A DNA stretch of 63,306 bases, filler included, from Cercozoa sp. M6MM (Eukaryota; Protista; Endomyxa: Ascetosporea): NCBI GenBank assembly GCA_040357565.1. It is 7 parts of 7 records of this genome, joined end to end, with 100 filler letters (N's around TTAATTAATTAA, not from the genome) between each part and the next. Parts side by side here need not be neighbours in the genome. Positions count along the whole stretch, not along the records: positions 1 to 29,323 come from JBDODJ010000136.1; 6 more parts are not named here. One strand, written 5' to 3'. Positions 1 through 11,668 of this stretch are shown in pieces. Under the pieces are notes generated by a model, which was not told where the DNA came from, did not search any database, and was given only the letters and a program-made list of their open reading frames with translations. How positions within the stretch are numbered: position 1 is the stretch's first letter; each line of letters opens with the position of its first letter. Made by a program: the position numbers and the translations under genes.

Positions 1-33
1 GGGGGGTAAGGGGGGGGGCTAAAAGTCACACAC

Positions 34-370
34 CGCGTGAACTCGAGCGAGATCGGTCGCTCGAACACCGGCGGCGACAGACGACCACCGTCACCGTCGT
101 CATCGGAACCGTCATCGGTATCATCAAAACCGTCAACGGCATCACCGGAACCGTCACTCACTCGGCCCAAACCGTCTTTGGAACCGTCCTTGGAACCGTC
201 CTTGGAACCGTCTTTGGAACCGTCCTCGAAACCGTCTTTGGAACCGTCTTTGGAACCGTCAACGACACCGACGGTTTCGTCCGCGCGGACGGCATCGCCA
301 TCGCCGAACGGCAGCGACTCGGCGCAGCAGCTGCTCGGAGACGCCAGCTCGCGCTGCTGCACGGCGTGCG
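34..370 (-). CDS. Internal exon of a hypothetical protein with an acidic (DGSK)n repeat; gene runs off the window, with further exons probably up to ~760
   Basis: AG acceptor at 371-372 and GT donor at 32-33 on the minus strand bound an open frame AHAVQQRELASPSS...DGSKDGSKDGFEDGSK...SLEFTR. Confidence 0.5.
170..260. repeat. 12-bp coding tandem repeat (GAACCGTC(C/T)TTG)n
   Basis: About 7 near-identical 12-nt units visible directly. Confidence 0.9.
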
Positions 371-943
371 CTGTGCGAGGGGGGTATGGCTTTTCAGGGG
401 GGTGGGGGCGGGCGGGACGAAACACGTCTATGTGCGCACGCTACCAGCGGACACGTCGCATGCGACGTTCATCTCTGTTTTGCTACTGTGTTTCTCCTGT
501 GAGACAAAACGGACCAACAAACAAAATGATACAAGCCATGCCACACTCGAGACCAGTGTCCCAAATCGGCTGTGAAACGCCCAAAAAGCCAAAACACCTC
601 GTGAACTTTGCTCTACCAACGAGCACACGCCCATACGGACGGCCCAAAAGCCACGTGCACACTGTCTAGCCTACCAAAGCTCCCAGCCTGCCATCCAGCC
701 CGTTTCGCGATCATCTGGTGTGTCAATGAAACACGCCTAAATTTAGATTTAGCTTGGCTAGCTTTTATCTCAGTGACAAAGTTAACATGTTGAAGTGGAT
801 GAAAGCCGATACTTGCACCGTTTTTATGCACCCATTTTCGGGATCACAGCAAACAAAACAGAAAAAGTAGTGCCTAGGCAGTACGGTACATTTAGCGCAG
901 TTGTAATAGTGTCTGGTCGTGTGTTGATTACGTTTACACAGCA

Positions 944-2831
944 ATGGACGAGGAGGAGGTGCGATTCGTGTCAGTAGATGTGCTATTGTTTTTGTGATGC
1001 TTGTTGTGCAGGTGATCGCGTATGAGGCCGCCCCGGAGCCAGTGCAATTAGGCGGTACTGCATGCAAAATGTTTACTGGATGCGAATGCAAGTGTGTACG
1101 CAGGAATTCCGTCGCAGCTGCGCTCCAAGACGCTGCACGACACCGATCTTGTGGAGGTATGTTGAAGTTCCCTTTTTCGTATTTGTCTGGTCCACTCGCT
1201 TTGCATTTTACGCGCAGGAAGAGGAGCAGATCGACGCAGCGGCATTGTTTAGTCGTTTTGCCGGTCGTGTGTTTGTGGCGGTGTGATTTGTGTTGACCTC
1301 CCCCGGTAAGGTCATGTTTTTTTTTTCTTTTGTCAGGAAGGCGACAAGCAAAAAGGCGACGATGTCGTTGTTTTCTCGACTGGCACGCGACGGGTGTGTT
1401 TGTCTACCTTGACCCCCTTCCGATGTTACCCCCCCCCCACAGGAGGCGCCAACAGAAATGCTCGCGCGCCTGCAGCGTAATTTCTTTTTGCTGATCGCCG
1501 AGTGATCGTTGGATGATCGCTAGGTGATCGCTGGGTGACTGACGGTGTGGCACGTGCGCAGGCGAGTCAGCCGAGCTGGAGCGCGTGCTGGCCTCGCTGC
1601 GCGACGATCGATCGGTCGCGACGGTGTGCGAAGCACTGAGTGACGGTGCACGTGCAGTCAGGGATCAATTGATCGCCAGTGAGCGACGGTTGCGCGACTG
1701 CCGGCAGGCGGACCGCGCGCATCTGCCGCAGCTGCACGTGTCCACTGACGCTGACGGTGATCGTGACGGTGATACTGACGGTGATGCTGACGGTGATGCT
1801 GACGGTAATAAAACCGTCAGTGACCATGTGACTGGCGATCAAACCGTCAGTGACCACGTGGCTACCGAGACGGCACGTGTCGTCGCTGTCGAGCGCAAAC
1901 TCGCGCTGCTCGAGCGTTTCGTCGGCACGCCGGTAGAGCACTCTGAGCAAAGGGGAGGGGGGCAGGGTAAGAGGAGGGTAAAGGGGGTAGGGTAAGAGGA
2001 GGGAAAGGGGTAGGGTAACAGGAGGGAAAGGGGGTAGGGCAACAGGAGGGAAAGGGAGATACACCTGGCACGCAGAACGGCGACGCGACGCTGTGCGAGC
2101 AGCTGCGGCAGCTGCGGCACCGCCTGTCGCTCACGACGCCGGACGAACTGGGCCGCGTCAAGTCGCGCGTCGAGCAGCTCCGCAAGGCACTGGCCTCGCT
2201 GGGCGACACGCTGCGCAAGCAGGTACTGCTTGCACCTGCTGTCACTACCGATCACTGATCGATCGTGTGATCGCTTATGATCACTTACGATTCGTTTCTG
2301 TAGGACTCGGTGCGCGGTGTCGCTCTCTTCCGACAGGCCAAGGTCAGTTGTTTGAAGTCCTCCGCGCGGACGCTGTCTCTGACAAGCTTGTTTGTGTTGT
2401 GCAGCTGCTGGCAGACACGGCCGAGCGACACCAGCGCTCGCTCGACGCTGTGCCTCAGGTACACAACTCTGTCCTGTCCGCGTGGCACGTGCCAACTGAC
2501 TCAGTGCCCACTGAGGGTAGGCACCACTTGGCACGTGTCAACGACTGTGTGTGTGTGCTAGATCCTGAGTCGTCTACGATCCCTGTCGCACGTGCACGCA
2601 CGTGGCGCAGACGTCGTGCGTCGCCTTGAGGTAACCACTGCTCTGAGTGGCCACGTGGCCATTGGAATGACCACTCTGAGTGACCACGTGTGTGATGATC
2701 AGGCACTGGAGACGAGAAACGCCGAGTTGGACCACCTGCTGCACAGCAATCGCACCGTGCTCGCGCAGCTGCAGCGCTCCGTCGACGCGCTCTCGCAGCA
2801 AGCTGCAACAGAAACCACAGCAGCTACTTGA
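944..2831 (+). CDS. DCTN2: Dynactin subunit 2 (dynamitin/p50), multi-exon
   Basis: Spliced: MDEEE|VIAYEAAPEP...EEEQIDAAALFSRFAGR...EAPTEMLARLQ...ARVVAVERKLALLERFVG...LCEQLRQLRHRLSL...ILSRLRSLSHVHARGADVVRRLE|ALETRNAELDHLLHSNRTVLAQLQ. Motif order and character match dynamitin (YET, AxxxF, ETPxQxxxRL, ELExRLxxLE, LVxRLxxLxxLH). Confidence 0.7.
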
Positions 2832-3039
2832 ACCGACACCCAGTAAGCAGCGCACTGCAAGATAGTTTAAGTTGCGTGGTCGACTTTTAATTTAGACTTG
2901 AGCGACGTGGCGCGACCCACGAGCTACATAGTTGGTTCTTAGTAGACTGCACTAACGGCACTGTCGTATCATTGACGGTAGCCTGTTACGAAACGGTATC
3001 TTCTATCCGGCCAGTCAGATCTCTGGTGAAGAAAGCTAT

Positions 3040-4110
3040 TCATTGAGCACTTTGAGAAGAGTGGTGTATTGTGTTTGTCTGGTACCCTGACCTCTCCGAG
3101 AGCGTTGCTAACCTTTTTACCCTGTGTTTGGTAGACTGACCTCGAAAGGGCAAGATTTTGCTCCTTTCCTGAAAAGGCTCTCTACTCACCAGGTAAAGCA
3201 CCTCTCCAGGCTCCAGCCCTTGCACTCTCACGGAATCCCTTGTTGCTGTCTTCCCAGCACAGAGAGCCTTTCTTTTTCTCCTTTACGTCCCTCCTTCTCC
3301 TTCCTTCCTTCTTCTGACTACCGGGCCTCTCTTCCTTCCCGACCAGTCTACTTCCTGTACTTTGCCGACCCTATCTTGGGGTAACTACCTCTGAACTGAC
3401 TACGTCTACTGACTCAATTCTTCTTCACATCGATTCCATTTGTTTCTTTAGTCTTTTTCCTGGCATAGTACTCTTTTGCACTACCAAAGCCTCAATTTCT
3501 GGAGGGCTGCGGTAACAAGCCGCAGTTTGCTAGTAGATTGACTCAGTACTACACTCAACAGAACGGAATGCACCAAGGAACCAAGATCTCCTGGGACGAG
3601 GAAGCAACTGTCGAAGGACAACCAAGACTGGACCGAGAGGTCCCCGACTAGGTGGCCCTGTTGATTGAGAGATTGTCAATTTCAGTGAAGACAACGACTA
3701 AAGAAAGTAAGAATGTAAGGTCGTTTAATTTAGTGTTCGTTCGACGTCTCAATAAATCGAAAGATATCAGAAGAGAGAAGGTTACCCCAAGGTAGGGCCG
3801 TCGTTACAGTTGAGAGTGTTGAGGGGCTTGTTCGATGATGAACAAAAGAAAAACAAACCCTCTTGCCTGCTCAAGCTAGAGCAAGTCAGTTGCTTTGGTG
3901 TCAACAAGCACAGTATCCCTGAGGTACCTGGTTTTGGAAAGAGGGCCTTGATTCAATTCTTGCAGCAGTTTCAAGCTGCTCGCCACTCTACCAAACACAG
4001 GGTATGCCAAGCTAGGCAGCACTCAATTGTTAGGTTACCAGCTCTCAACCTTAGCAAAACACTTCAATTCTTATTTGGCATGACTGATAGTTGCTTCCAC
4101 GCGGAGCAAG
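3040..4110 (-). mobile_element. Possible highly degraded LTR-retrotransposon (Ty3/gypsy-like) relic
   Basis: Intergenic block lacking the local exon/intron pattern. Interrupted minus-strand frames give, in Gag-Pro-IN order, a decayed zinc knuckle (LKCFA..AGNLTIEC), VLVDTKAT (cf. protease DTGA) at ~3890-3915 and LEPGEVLYL...SKILPFRG (cf. integrase C-terminus). Confidence 0.35.
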
Positions 4111-4203
4111 TAGTCAGCCGAGTAGGTTGTTGTTGACAGTAACAGCCCTGCTGATTGTTTGCTTTGTTTAGTTATCGAGGAGAGACGACTCAACTAACTG
4201 TCT

Positions 4204-5943
4204 CTAAAGAAAGACGTCGACAGTGTGCATGATGGCTCCCTGACATACGGGACATTCGGACACATCGCCTTTGGCGGCACACTGCACACAGCACAAAACA
4301 TATACGCAGAGTCAGCAGCGTGGTGGACAAAGACAGGGGCTACCTCTGGACAGAGACACAGATGCTTGCATGGCAGCAGGAGCACGCGACGCGGGTGCGC
4401 ACGGCAGCGCACACACGGCTGCAGCACCGTGGTGCCACTGCCACTCGTGTCGTTGGTGCTACTCCTGCCGGGAACGTTGCCTGCCTCCGCGTGTCTGCTT
4501 TCGGGAACACTAGTGTCCGCGCGGATGTCTGCGGTGACACTGGCCGTGGCACCCTCGATGTCCGAGTCGTTGTTCTCAATGCCCTGACTGTCCCTGTCAG
4601 TTGGCCTTTCTGTCGGTCTGTCAGTTGGCCTATCTGTCGGTCTGTCAGTTGGCCTATCTGTCGGTCTATCAGTTGGCCTGTCAGTTGGTCTGTCAGTTGG
4701 CCTATCAATGTTCTTGTCTCTGTTGGTGCCAGCTCTGTCACTGTCAGGCAGAGGAAACGGCCGCGTCTCTTCTTGTTCGTACTGTCCTTCGACTTCGCCT
4801 CTCTAGTGAAGGCCAAGTAAAGCAGGGGAGGGGTCGGGTAAGATCTGCGCACCTCATCGATCGGGTAGTTCGCACGTGTGTCGGCATCCGGGTCTGGCGG
4901 TGCACTCGGTGCCGAAGCCACCTGTACAGACCAAAGCTTAATGAAAAAAGACACATCGAGACAATGCAAGACACCAAGGTACCGAGGAAGCAGGTGGTGC
5001 ACTCGGAGCTGGTCGTCGGTAGCCACGCAGACCGAGTCTCCTACATAACACATACTTTCACTGTCATGAGATGCTGTGTGTGTGTGTGTGTCTGTTGTGC
5101 GTGTGTGTGCGTGTGTGTGTGCGTGTGCGTGTGTGTGCGTGTGTGAGGGGGTAATGCTATACCGAAGAAAGTCGCCATCGAACGTGAGCGACGACCATGA
5201 TGTGTTGGCTTCTGAATCCTGTATACACATACACGCACACATACCCATACCCATATCCATTCATTCTTAGTGAGACAGCGATAGACAGAGATAAATACAG
5301 TCGGAGAGAAGGCGTGCGAGAAGGAGTAGTGTGACTCATCAGTCAGGTTCTGTCGATACACATATTCTTACAGCAGAAGGCACTCTCTGAGCACAAGGAC
5401 ATACAGGAGGACGCGGTTGTTTGTCCTTGACAGTGTCGGGCCAGGAGACAGCGTCGCTGTCTAGTGTGCACTGTGACACCATACAATATATAACGTATAT
5501 AAATTAAACATATATATATATATATATTACATGACTGCCATCGTCATCATGCTCCGAATTGACACTGCGTCGCAGTCGCTGAAAGGTGCTGTTGCGCTTG
5601 TGAGAGACGCTGACACTGCGACTGCCGATGCTCACACTGGGCCGCTTCGGTCGTCGCAGACTGCTGGTGTTTCCGCTGCTGACCGAGGCGGGATACGATG
5701 ATACCGAACGCTCGTCGTCCTCTTCCTCCTGTTTCGGCAGTCGCATCATAAGATATATCTGAGCTGACAGGGAAAAAGGATACGGGTCGCCTTGTGTGCA
5801 CACCTTCGGCAAAGTGCACTCGCACAGTCTCCTGTGCAAAGAGACAGCGTCGAAATGATACATAGGCCATCAAAACTCAGAGAAGAGTGGCACCACGAGT
5901 CGGTTGATTTCGCTGATGCATTTCGTGGTCTTTTGGCGCTCAT
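4204..5943 (-). CDS. Protein with C-terminal C3HC4 RING finger (zf-C3HC4_3 type), probable E3 ligase
   Basis: CVRCRAHPRRVLLLPCKHLCLCPE|CAAKGDVSECPVCQGAIMHTVDVFL-TAG; upstream exons are low-complexity; start approximate. Confidence 0.8.
4592..4706 (-). repeat. 12-bp coding repeat encoding (DRPT)x8 plus ERPT
   Basis: In frame with the RING domain exon. Confidence 0.85.
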
Positions 5944-6217
5944 TCTCACTGTGTCAAAAATAAATAGTCAAAAATAAATAGTCAAGGATAACGGCCAAGA
6001 CACAGGAGAAACCCTACAGCGTGCGAGCTTGAGCGAGTGCATCGCGCGCAACGGCGTAATTCTCGTCCCGTCGCGCCTCGTGCTCTTTCACTACCAAACA
6101 GACCAATCAATAATTTTCTTGGTTTAAACACAACAATAAACACACTAGCGGAGGTACCAATGTCTTTCCTGATGTCGGTTTCAATGTTTCGCACTCTGCA
6201 GAGCACACGTTAAACTG

Positions 6218-8811
6218 TCATTGAGATCGCTCATTTGTGTGATAGCGTACAGTCGAAAAATCTCGCTTCGAATGTCGAAAACAGAGCCCACGCGTTCTCG
6301 AATCTGCATCAAAACAGTTCAGCTTGTTAGAATACCAAATAAAGATCAACACAAGTGTACCTGCTCCTTGAGCAGTCGAAACATTTGTCTGCCTCGATTC
6401 AGTTTCTGAGCGCAAACGTTAAACTGAGAAAACAAAACAAGTGAACTCAACACTCAGCTTTACCGCAGAAGCATCCTGCAGTAACTGCTGGCATTCTTGC
6501 GCAGTCTCGTACTGCCGTCGAGCCTCAGCAACCCGCATTCTCTGCAGGAGGACACAACAACACAAAGTGTGGCTACAAAAGATAACGGTTTGATGCGTGC
6601 TGTTTACCTCTTTGATTTGAACATTACTGGCGCGCAGTCGCTTCAAAGTGGTTTTGTTCGACTTTTTCTGAACACGGAACCTAATCACAAACTCGAGTCG
6701 CACTTAAAAAGCGCACCTGTCGCAGAAACGTCTGGACGTCAGCCACGAGGCCACGCGCCAGAGCGACCTGTAGTAGTGAATGTCCAGTGTTCGTTTTGCA
6801 ATTCGGCCCGTTGTACCAAATGCGCCGCCTTAACCGACGGAAACAGATACGACGTCACCTCTACCAGTAGCAACGACACGAGTGCTGGTTCGCACTTGAC
6901 AAATTCAACTACGGCAGATTGCTCTGTGTCACGGGAGGGGTAGTGGTACATAAACAAACTCAAGGGAAGGTCAAACCGTGTTCGGAAGCTCGCAGCAGCA
7001 GCGACAAATGCGAGCGGCCGAGCACTTGTTGTTCCATCTGAAACAAGAAACAACATAGAATGAAGAACAAAACTGAAGAAAGGCAAGAAGATAGAAAGAA
7101 AAAGAAAAAGAAAAAGAAAAAGAAAAAGGAAAAGAAAAAGGAAAAGGTCACTGTTGGCAGGTACCTCTGCCCTCCAGGGAACCAAGACGACCTGCCGCTT
7201 AATCACGCCGATGCGGCACTGTACGCCTTGCTCTGTGCCATGAAAATAACCAACACGAATACACAGCAAAGGGAAACACATAGATTAGTGGCAAGTGAAG
7301 CAAACGCTACTCGCAAGTCGTATATCACACGGTCGCCGCGTGTCACCTGAGCAGACACATGAGCGCAGCTACACAAGAAACTGATACTATGGAGGCTACC
7401 CACGGAAAGGTAGCCATGAAACGAGACGTGCTGACACATGTGCCACAGCACTTGCTCCTTCTGCGGCAAAAGAAGCATAGATATCAATGTCAAGCGTATT
7501 ATGGAACACAGATAGAAACAGGCGGATACCGAGATGTTGAGAAAACCAGCACTTTGAGCTTCTGCTTCGATAATTCGACACGTCTCTTCGGTGCCTCCGC
7601 TGTGTGGGAGTTAAAAACAAACAAAGCAAAGTAAACAAGCGACAGTGCACCCTTTGCGACTCGAGGCAACTTTCGAAAGAATGGCTTGCAGCTTGCCTTG
7701 CGTCACTCTGCATTCACAAGTATACTGATCAAACAAACGAAAGGAAGCGGAGATGAGGAACCTGTTATCCCGCAACGATAGTTTCTCTATGCGCGTGTTG
7801 CTATCTAGCGACTGTGTGACACGTGCGCACACAAAGTGCTAGACTGGGCGACAAGCAGGCAGAGGCAAAAAGTGAGAGTACTTTCAGCAGCAAATCGGCA
7901 CCGGAATTCGTGAGATAATTGTCATTCACCACGAGCACCTAGGGAGCGGTTCAGTAGATGAAACACAAGGGACAAAAGCGAGAACAGAGGAAAGCAATTA
8001 AAATGCAAGCTTAGATATTAAATCGGAAGTAGATACCTTCAGTGGAGCATCGGAAGCAACTAGATGTGCCAAATGCACCGCTGCAGCATCAGTTATTCTG
8101 CGAAACTCAATCTCAACTCGTCCGCACATCAAAAACAAGCACAGTCCAAATACAACTACCTATTGCACGACAGGTAGAGATGCTCCACCGTGCGATTTCG
8201 CAGCATGCCATAGATAATGTAAGCCACGCCCTAACGAAAGGCACAACACAGTCTGGCAAACCAAAGCGCACGCAATCCGAAAGAAAGTGTACAACGTCAG
8301 TGATCTCGTTGGCACTGAGGTAGAGCACTTTGAGTGACGGAGTGGCACACAGCAGCGCCGCCAACAGCGGAGCACATTTGTCCTATCAAAACACAAAGGT
8401 ACAGAGATTGAGTACACTGCGTGTCCTTTTGTTTTCGATCTTACAGAGATGGAGTTTCGACCGAGGAGAACGTGCTTGATGCGGCGGTGTTGAATTAGTG
8501 CTGCCAGCAGTCGCTCGGTACCTTTGTCTTTGAGCGATGTGCTCCACAGGTTCAACTCCAGCAGCGACGTGTTGCTCTGCACAAAGCAAGTTAGTCATCC
8601 TTTGTCCTTCTTTTTAGAGCGGAAAACTACCGCAAGAGCCGAACTGAACACTTTCACATCGTCCCAGGTCACTGCACGATTCGCACACATTAACAGTCCT
8701 GCGCCATCAGTTTTAATTTGAAAGCTCCAATGTACCCTTGGAGACACATTTCAGCTTCACGAGCTCGTTTCGGCGAAGCTTTGGCACGGCCTCACGCAGC
8801 GTTTCTACCAT
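6218..8811 (-). CDS. Leucine-rich-repeat (RNI-like) protein with coiled-coil C-terminus, multi-exon
   Basis: Exons SNTSLLELNLWSTSLKDKG, LKVLYLSANEITD, NRTVEHLYLSCNRITD, VLVVNDNYLTNSG and SNTRIEKLSLRDN fit LxxLxLxxNxI; linkage of the 3' exons (6.2-7.5 kb) is less certain. Confidence 0.7.
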
Positions 8812-9291
8812 CACTTCTGCCTCACAAGTTTGAATACAAGATGGTCGCACAGATCAGAGCCTCTGCCGGCGTCTGCTTGCTATGCGCCTACAGCAGAGTA
8901 TGTGCTACTCCATGCACAAGCTCGACAGACGACTAGGCAACACTCACTGAAGAATGGAGTGGTCATTTTGGTTAAGTGTGCGCACGGAAGTGCACTCGGC
9001 GCATCTTCTGAGTCTCTAATCTGTTATCGTCGGTGCTGTATCGTGAAGTTACTTGCAGTACATGTGAAAGTCAAATAAATCAACCAATAACTTCGATCAA
9101 GGGTTTTTTCGCTTCAATTTTTCGTCGCTTTGGCGAGGGTTCCGACGCGGACTTGGCAGCTGTTCCGTGTAAATCGCGGTCCCACACCTTGGCAGTGAAG
9201 AAACCGTCGGGACCGCGCGGCGGCAGCGTGTACGGGTGACTGCTCACGACCGAAACAACTCAAGGAAACAATATGGGGGACAGAACAGGAG

Positions 9292-10503
9292 CTACTCTGC
9301 AGGCGCTTCCTCGGTGGCGCCGTCCATGAGTGCGTCGCGAATTTGTTCACACGGCTCGGTAGGCTGCGGTATGACCGTGTACTGACCGGTCTCCATGTCG
9401 CTCTTGAGCATCACGAGCAGCGTTGGGAACTCAAGCAGCACCACGTTGCGTAGACACTGCTGCAGACACTCTGACGGAGCAAAGGCGTAGTACTGCGGCG
9501 CGTTGGCGGGCGTGTCCACCACCTTGAGCAACAGTCGCACACTGTCCTTGTCGGCGTCGTATGCACGTGCGAACCGTCGGAGCTGCATTAATAATATATA
9601 TATATATATATACTTTTTGTTTAATAGTAATAATGATAATACATTAATAAATATATTTTTATTTATATTCAAAGAGATCTACCTGTCGCCTCCGCGTGAA
9701 AGCTTCTTCGGCGTCGGACGAGACTTCGCGCGGCGGGCACAGTATCCTGTCGAGCAGGGCCTGGAAACTCACGCTCTCTGGCATGCGTGGCACTGAGATG
9801 CGCGATTCGCGCGGTGTGTCCTCGGCTCGCAGCTGCTCTTCGGTCTTTCGCTCGGCGTCGACGCCGACGCCTTTCGGCCACTGGAAGCGCAGCTCCACTC
9901 GCCACGACAGCTCCTGTCGGCCAATGTCAAAGTACGATGTATTCTCACGGCGTCGCGACATGCCTGCGCACACTGTGAGCAGCAGAATTCCGCGTCGGAA
10001 GGCCGCATTTCGCTGTCAAAAAAACAGAAAATTCATACAGTCAAAAAGAAGGTCCCCACGCACGGCACTACCCGAAGGATCTGCAAGGCCGTGCTCGTCC
10101 TGGAGTACTCGCGCAACACCGGGCGCCGACGTCGCCGGTCCACCTGCTCTGACACCGAGGCGACAAAGTCAAAGTCGTGCTGCAACGTGTTGGTCGTCAT
10201 TTCGGCCACGGGCGCAAACTTCGTCCTGGCGCGCTTGCCCGAGCACTGGAAGCGCTGCCTGTGCTCGCGCACGCACTGCAATGAACACGTTTTCAGCAAG
10301 CACTTGGGACAGCAGTAGATCGCCTGCCGCTCCTTGCACATGCGGCACTGCCCGAACCGTCGTGCACGAACCTACGCCATATTCTAGATCCAAAACACAA
10401 GGTCAGAGAGAAACGGGGAGAAACGCACATCATCGTCGCGAGGTGCCAACAGAGGAATCAGTGGCCGCGCGGTGGTGTCCACTAAATCGATTTCTGTCGC
10501 CAT
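9292..10503 (-). CDS. ZNHIT6: Box C/D snoRNA biogenesis protein BCD1/ZNHIT6 (zf-HIT)
   Basis: CRMCKERQAIYCCPKCLLKTCSLQCVREHRQRFQCSGKR, TLQHDFDF, GMSRRRENTS, LSWRVELRF, LRNVVLLEFPTLLV. Confidence 0.88.
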
Positions 10504-10704
10504 CAAGCGCGCGGAAATTCAAAACTAACGCTGATTAAGACACTGGTGTCTCTCTTCGCGTGCAAAACCGGCGCGGAGTTCTTAATTTGTGAGAAACCTG
10601 AAACGAACGGCGCTCTTTGTTCAAAGGATTTCAGACTTGGCTTTCCGTTCGTCCGGTCGCTTGGTATGGCTGTTACGAGGTGAGATACTAAGAAAACAGG
10701 CGGA

Positions 10705-10796
10705 GGTGCTGTGTGAAGTTTTAAAAAAGTCGTTCCGCACGGTCTCGTCGGGCGAGTTTGCCGTGGCAGAAGTCACGTGGAATCACACAGGGCACC
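10705..10796 (-). promoter_or_regulatory. SECIS element (type II, GUGA core) in the SPS2 3' UTR
   Basis: Minus strand: helix I CUGUGUGA/UCACACAG; core GUGAC...CGAC; helix II UUCUGCCACGG/CCGUGCGGAA; unpaired AAA; apical mini-stem CUCG/CGAG; ~290 nt after the SPS2 stop. Confidence 0.85.
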
Positions 10797-11081
10797 AGCA
10801 TGTCCGATGTGCATGCATGCCTGGGTGCAAAAGAAAGAATCGGCAGACCGAGCTCGTGGCCCCGAACTGAGCTACCTGCACACTCACAAGCATACCGTTT
10901 TGTTTCAGGGTATTATCAGAGAAACGCACTAGTTTTTTGAATAGTCACGGCAAGTCGTTTCGATTCGTTCAATTGCGTCTGCAGAGATACAATTCACTGG
11001 GCGACAAAACAAGTGTGTTTGACAGTGATGGATTCTGTACGTGCTGTGTAGGTGGGATCAGTATCCATAGAAGGGTTGCAG

Positions 11082-11629
11082 TTAGACTTCGATGATGCTT
11101 GCGTCGGCAACAATGGCGGCGGTACTGTGCGACTGCTTTTGTGACACGTAGCGCACGTGACCGACCTATCCAAGAAAGCAGATAAATTTACACGATAGTA
11201 CTTACCACACACCACACACACACACACACACACCTGCCAAGCCGGCCAGCCTTCTTGCAGTTCGAGTGCCTCACAGAAACTAGCTGCCTTGTCAGCCGGC
11301 AGCACCACCAGGAGACCTGCATTGTAGCCACACCAAAGGTTAGACACACTGAAGAGTTAGAGAGTGAAGGGGCGTACCTCCACTCGTTTCCGAGCTGAGG
11401 CCCTGTGTCAGCCTGAACCACGGGAAGAGCGGGTCCACCGTGGCCATGCCGCGAATGATGGGCAGCGCGTCGATCTCGAAGTGCAGTTGTGTGTTCTGCG
11501 AGTGCTGTGCCAGTGTCTGCGCGTGGCCCAGCAGTCCGACTGTCAGTGGACAAAGTGTGGATGGGTAGGAAGCATATCATAGATAGAGTTCTGTGTGTGT
11601 GCGTGCGTGTGCGTGTGAGCGTGCGTGCG

Positions 11630-11668
<39 letters not shown>

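Noticed and set aside
428-500. Stop-codon reassignment (UAG=Gln), suggested by a protein-like minus-strand frame with two TAGs
   Set aside because: Another frame is open here. TAG ends the RING, BCD1 and DUF962 genes at expected C-termini, TAA and TGA also terminate genes, and no in-frame TAG was found in the conserved exons I traced.
10921-11000. Nearer GUGA...GA stem-loop as the SPS2 SECIS
   Set aside because: Helix II is only ~8 bp with no apical AA; the element at 10705-10796 fits much better.
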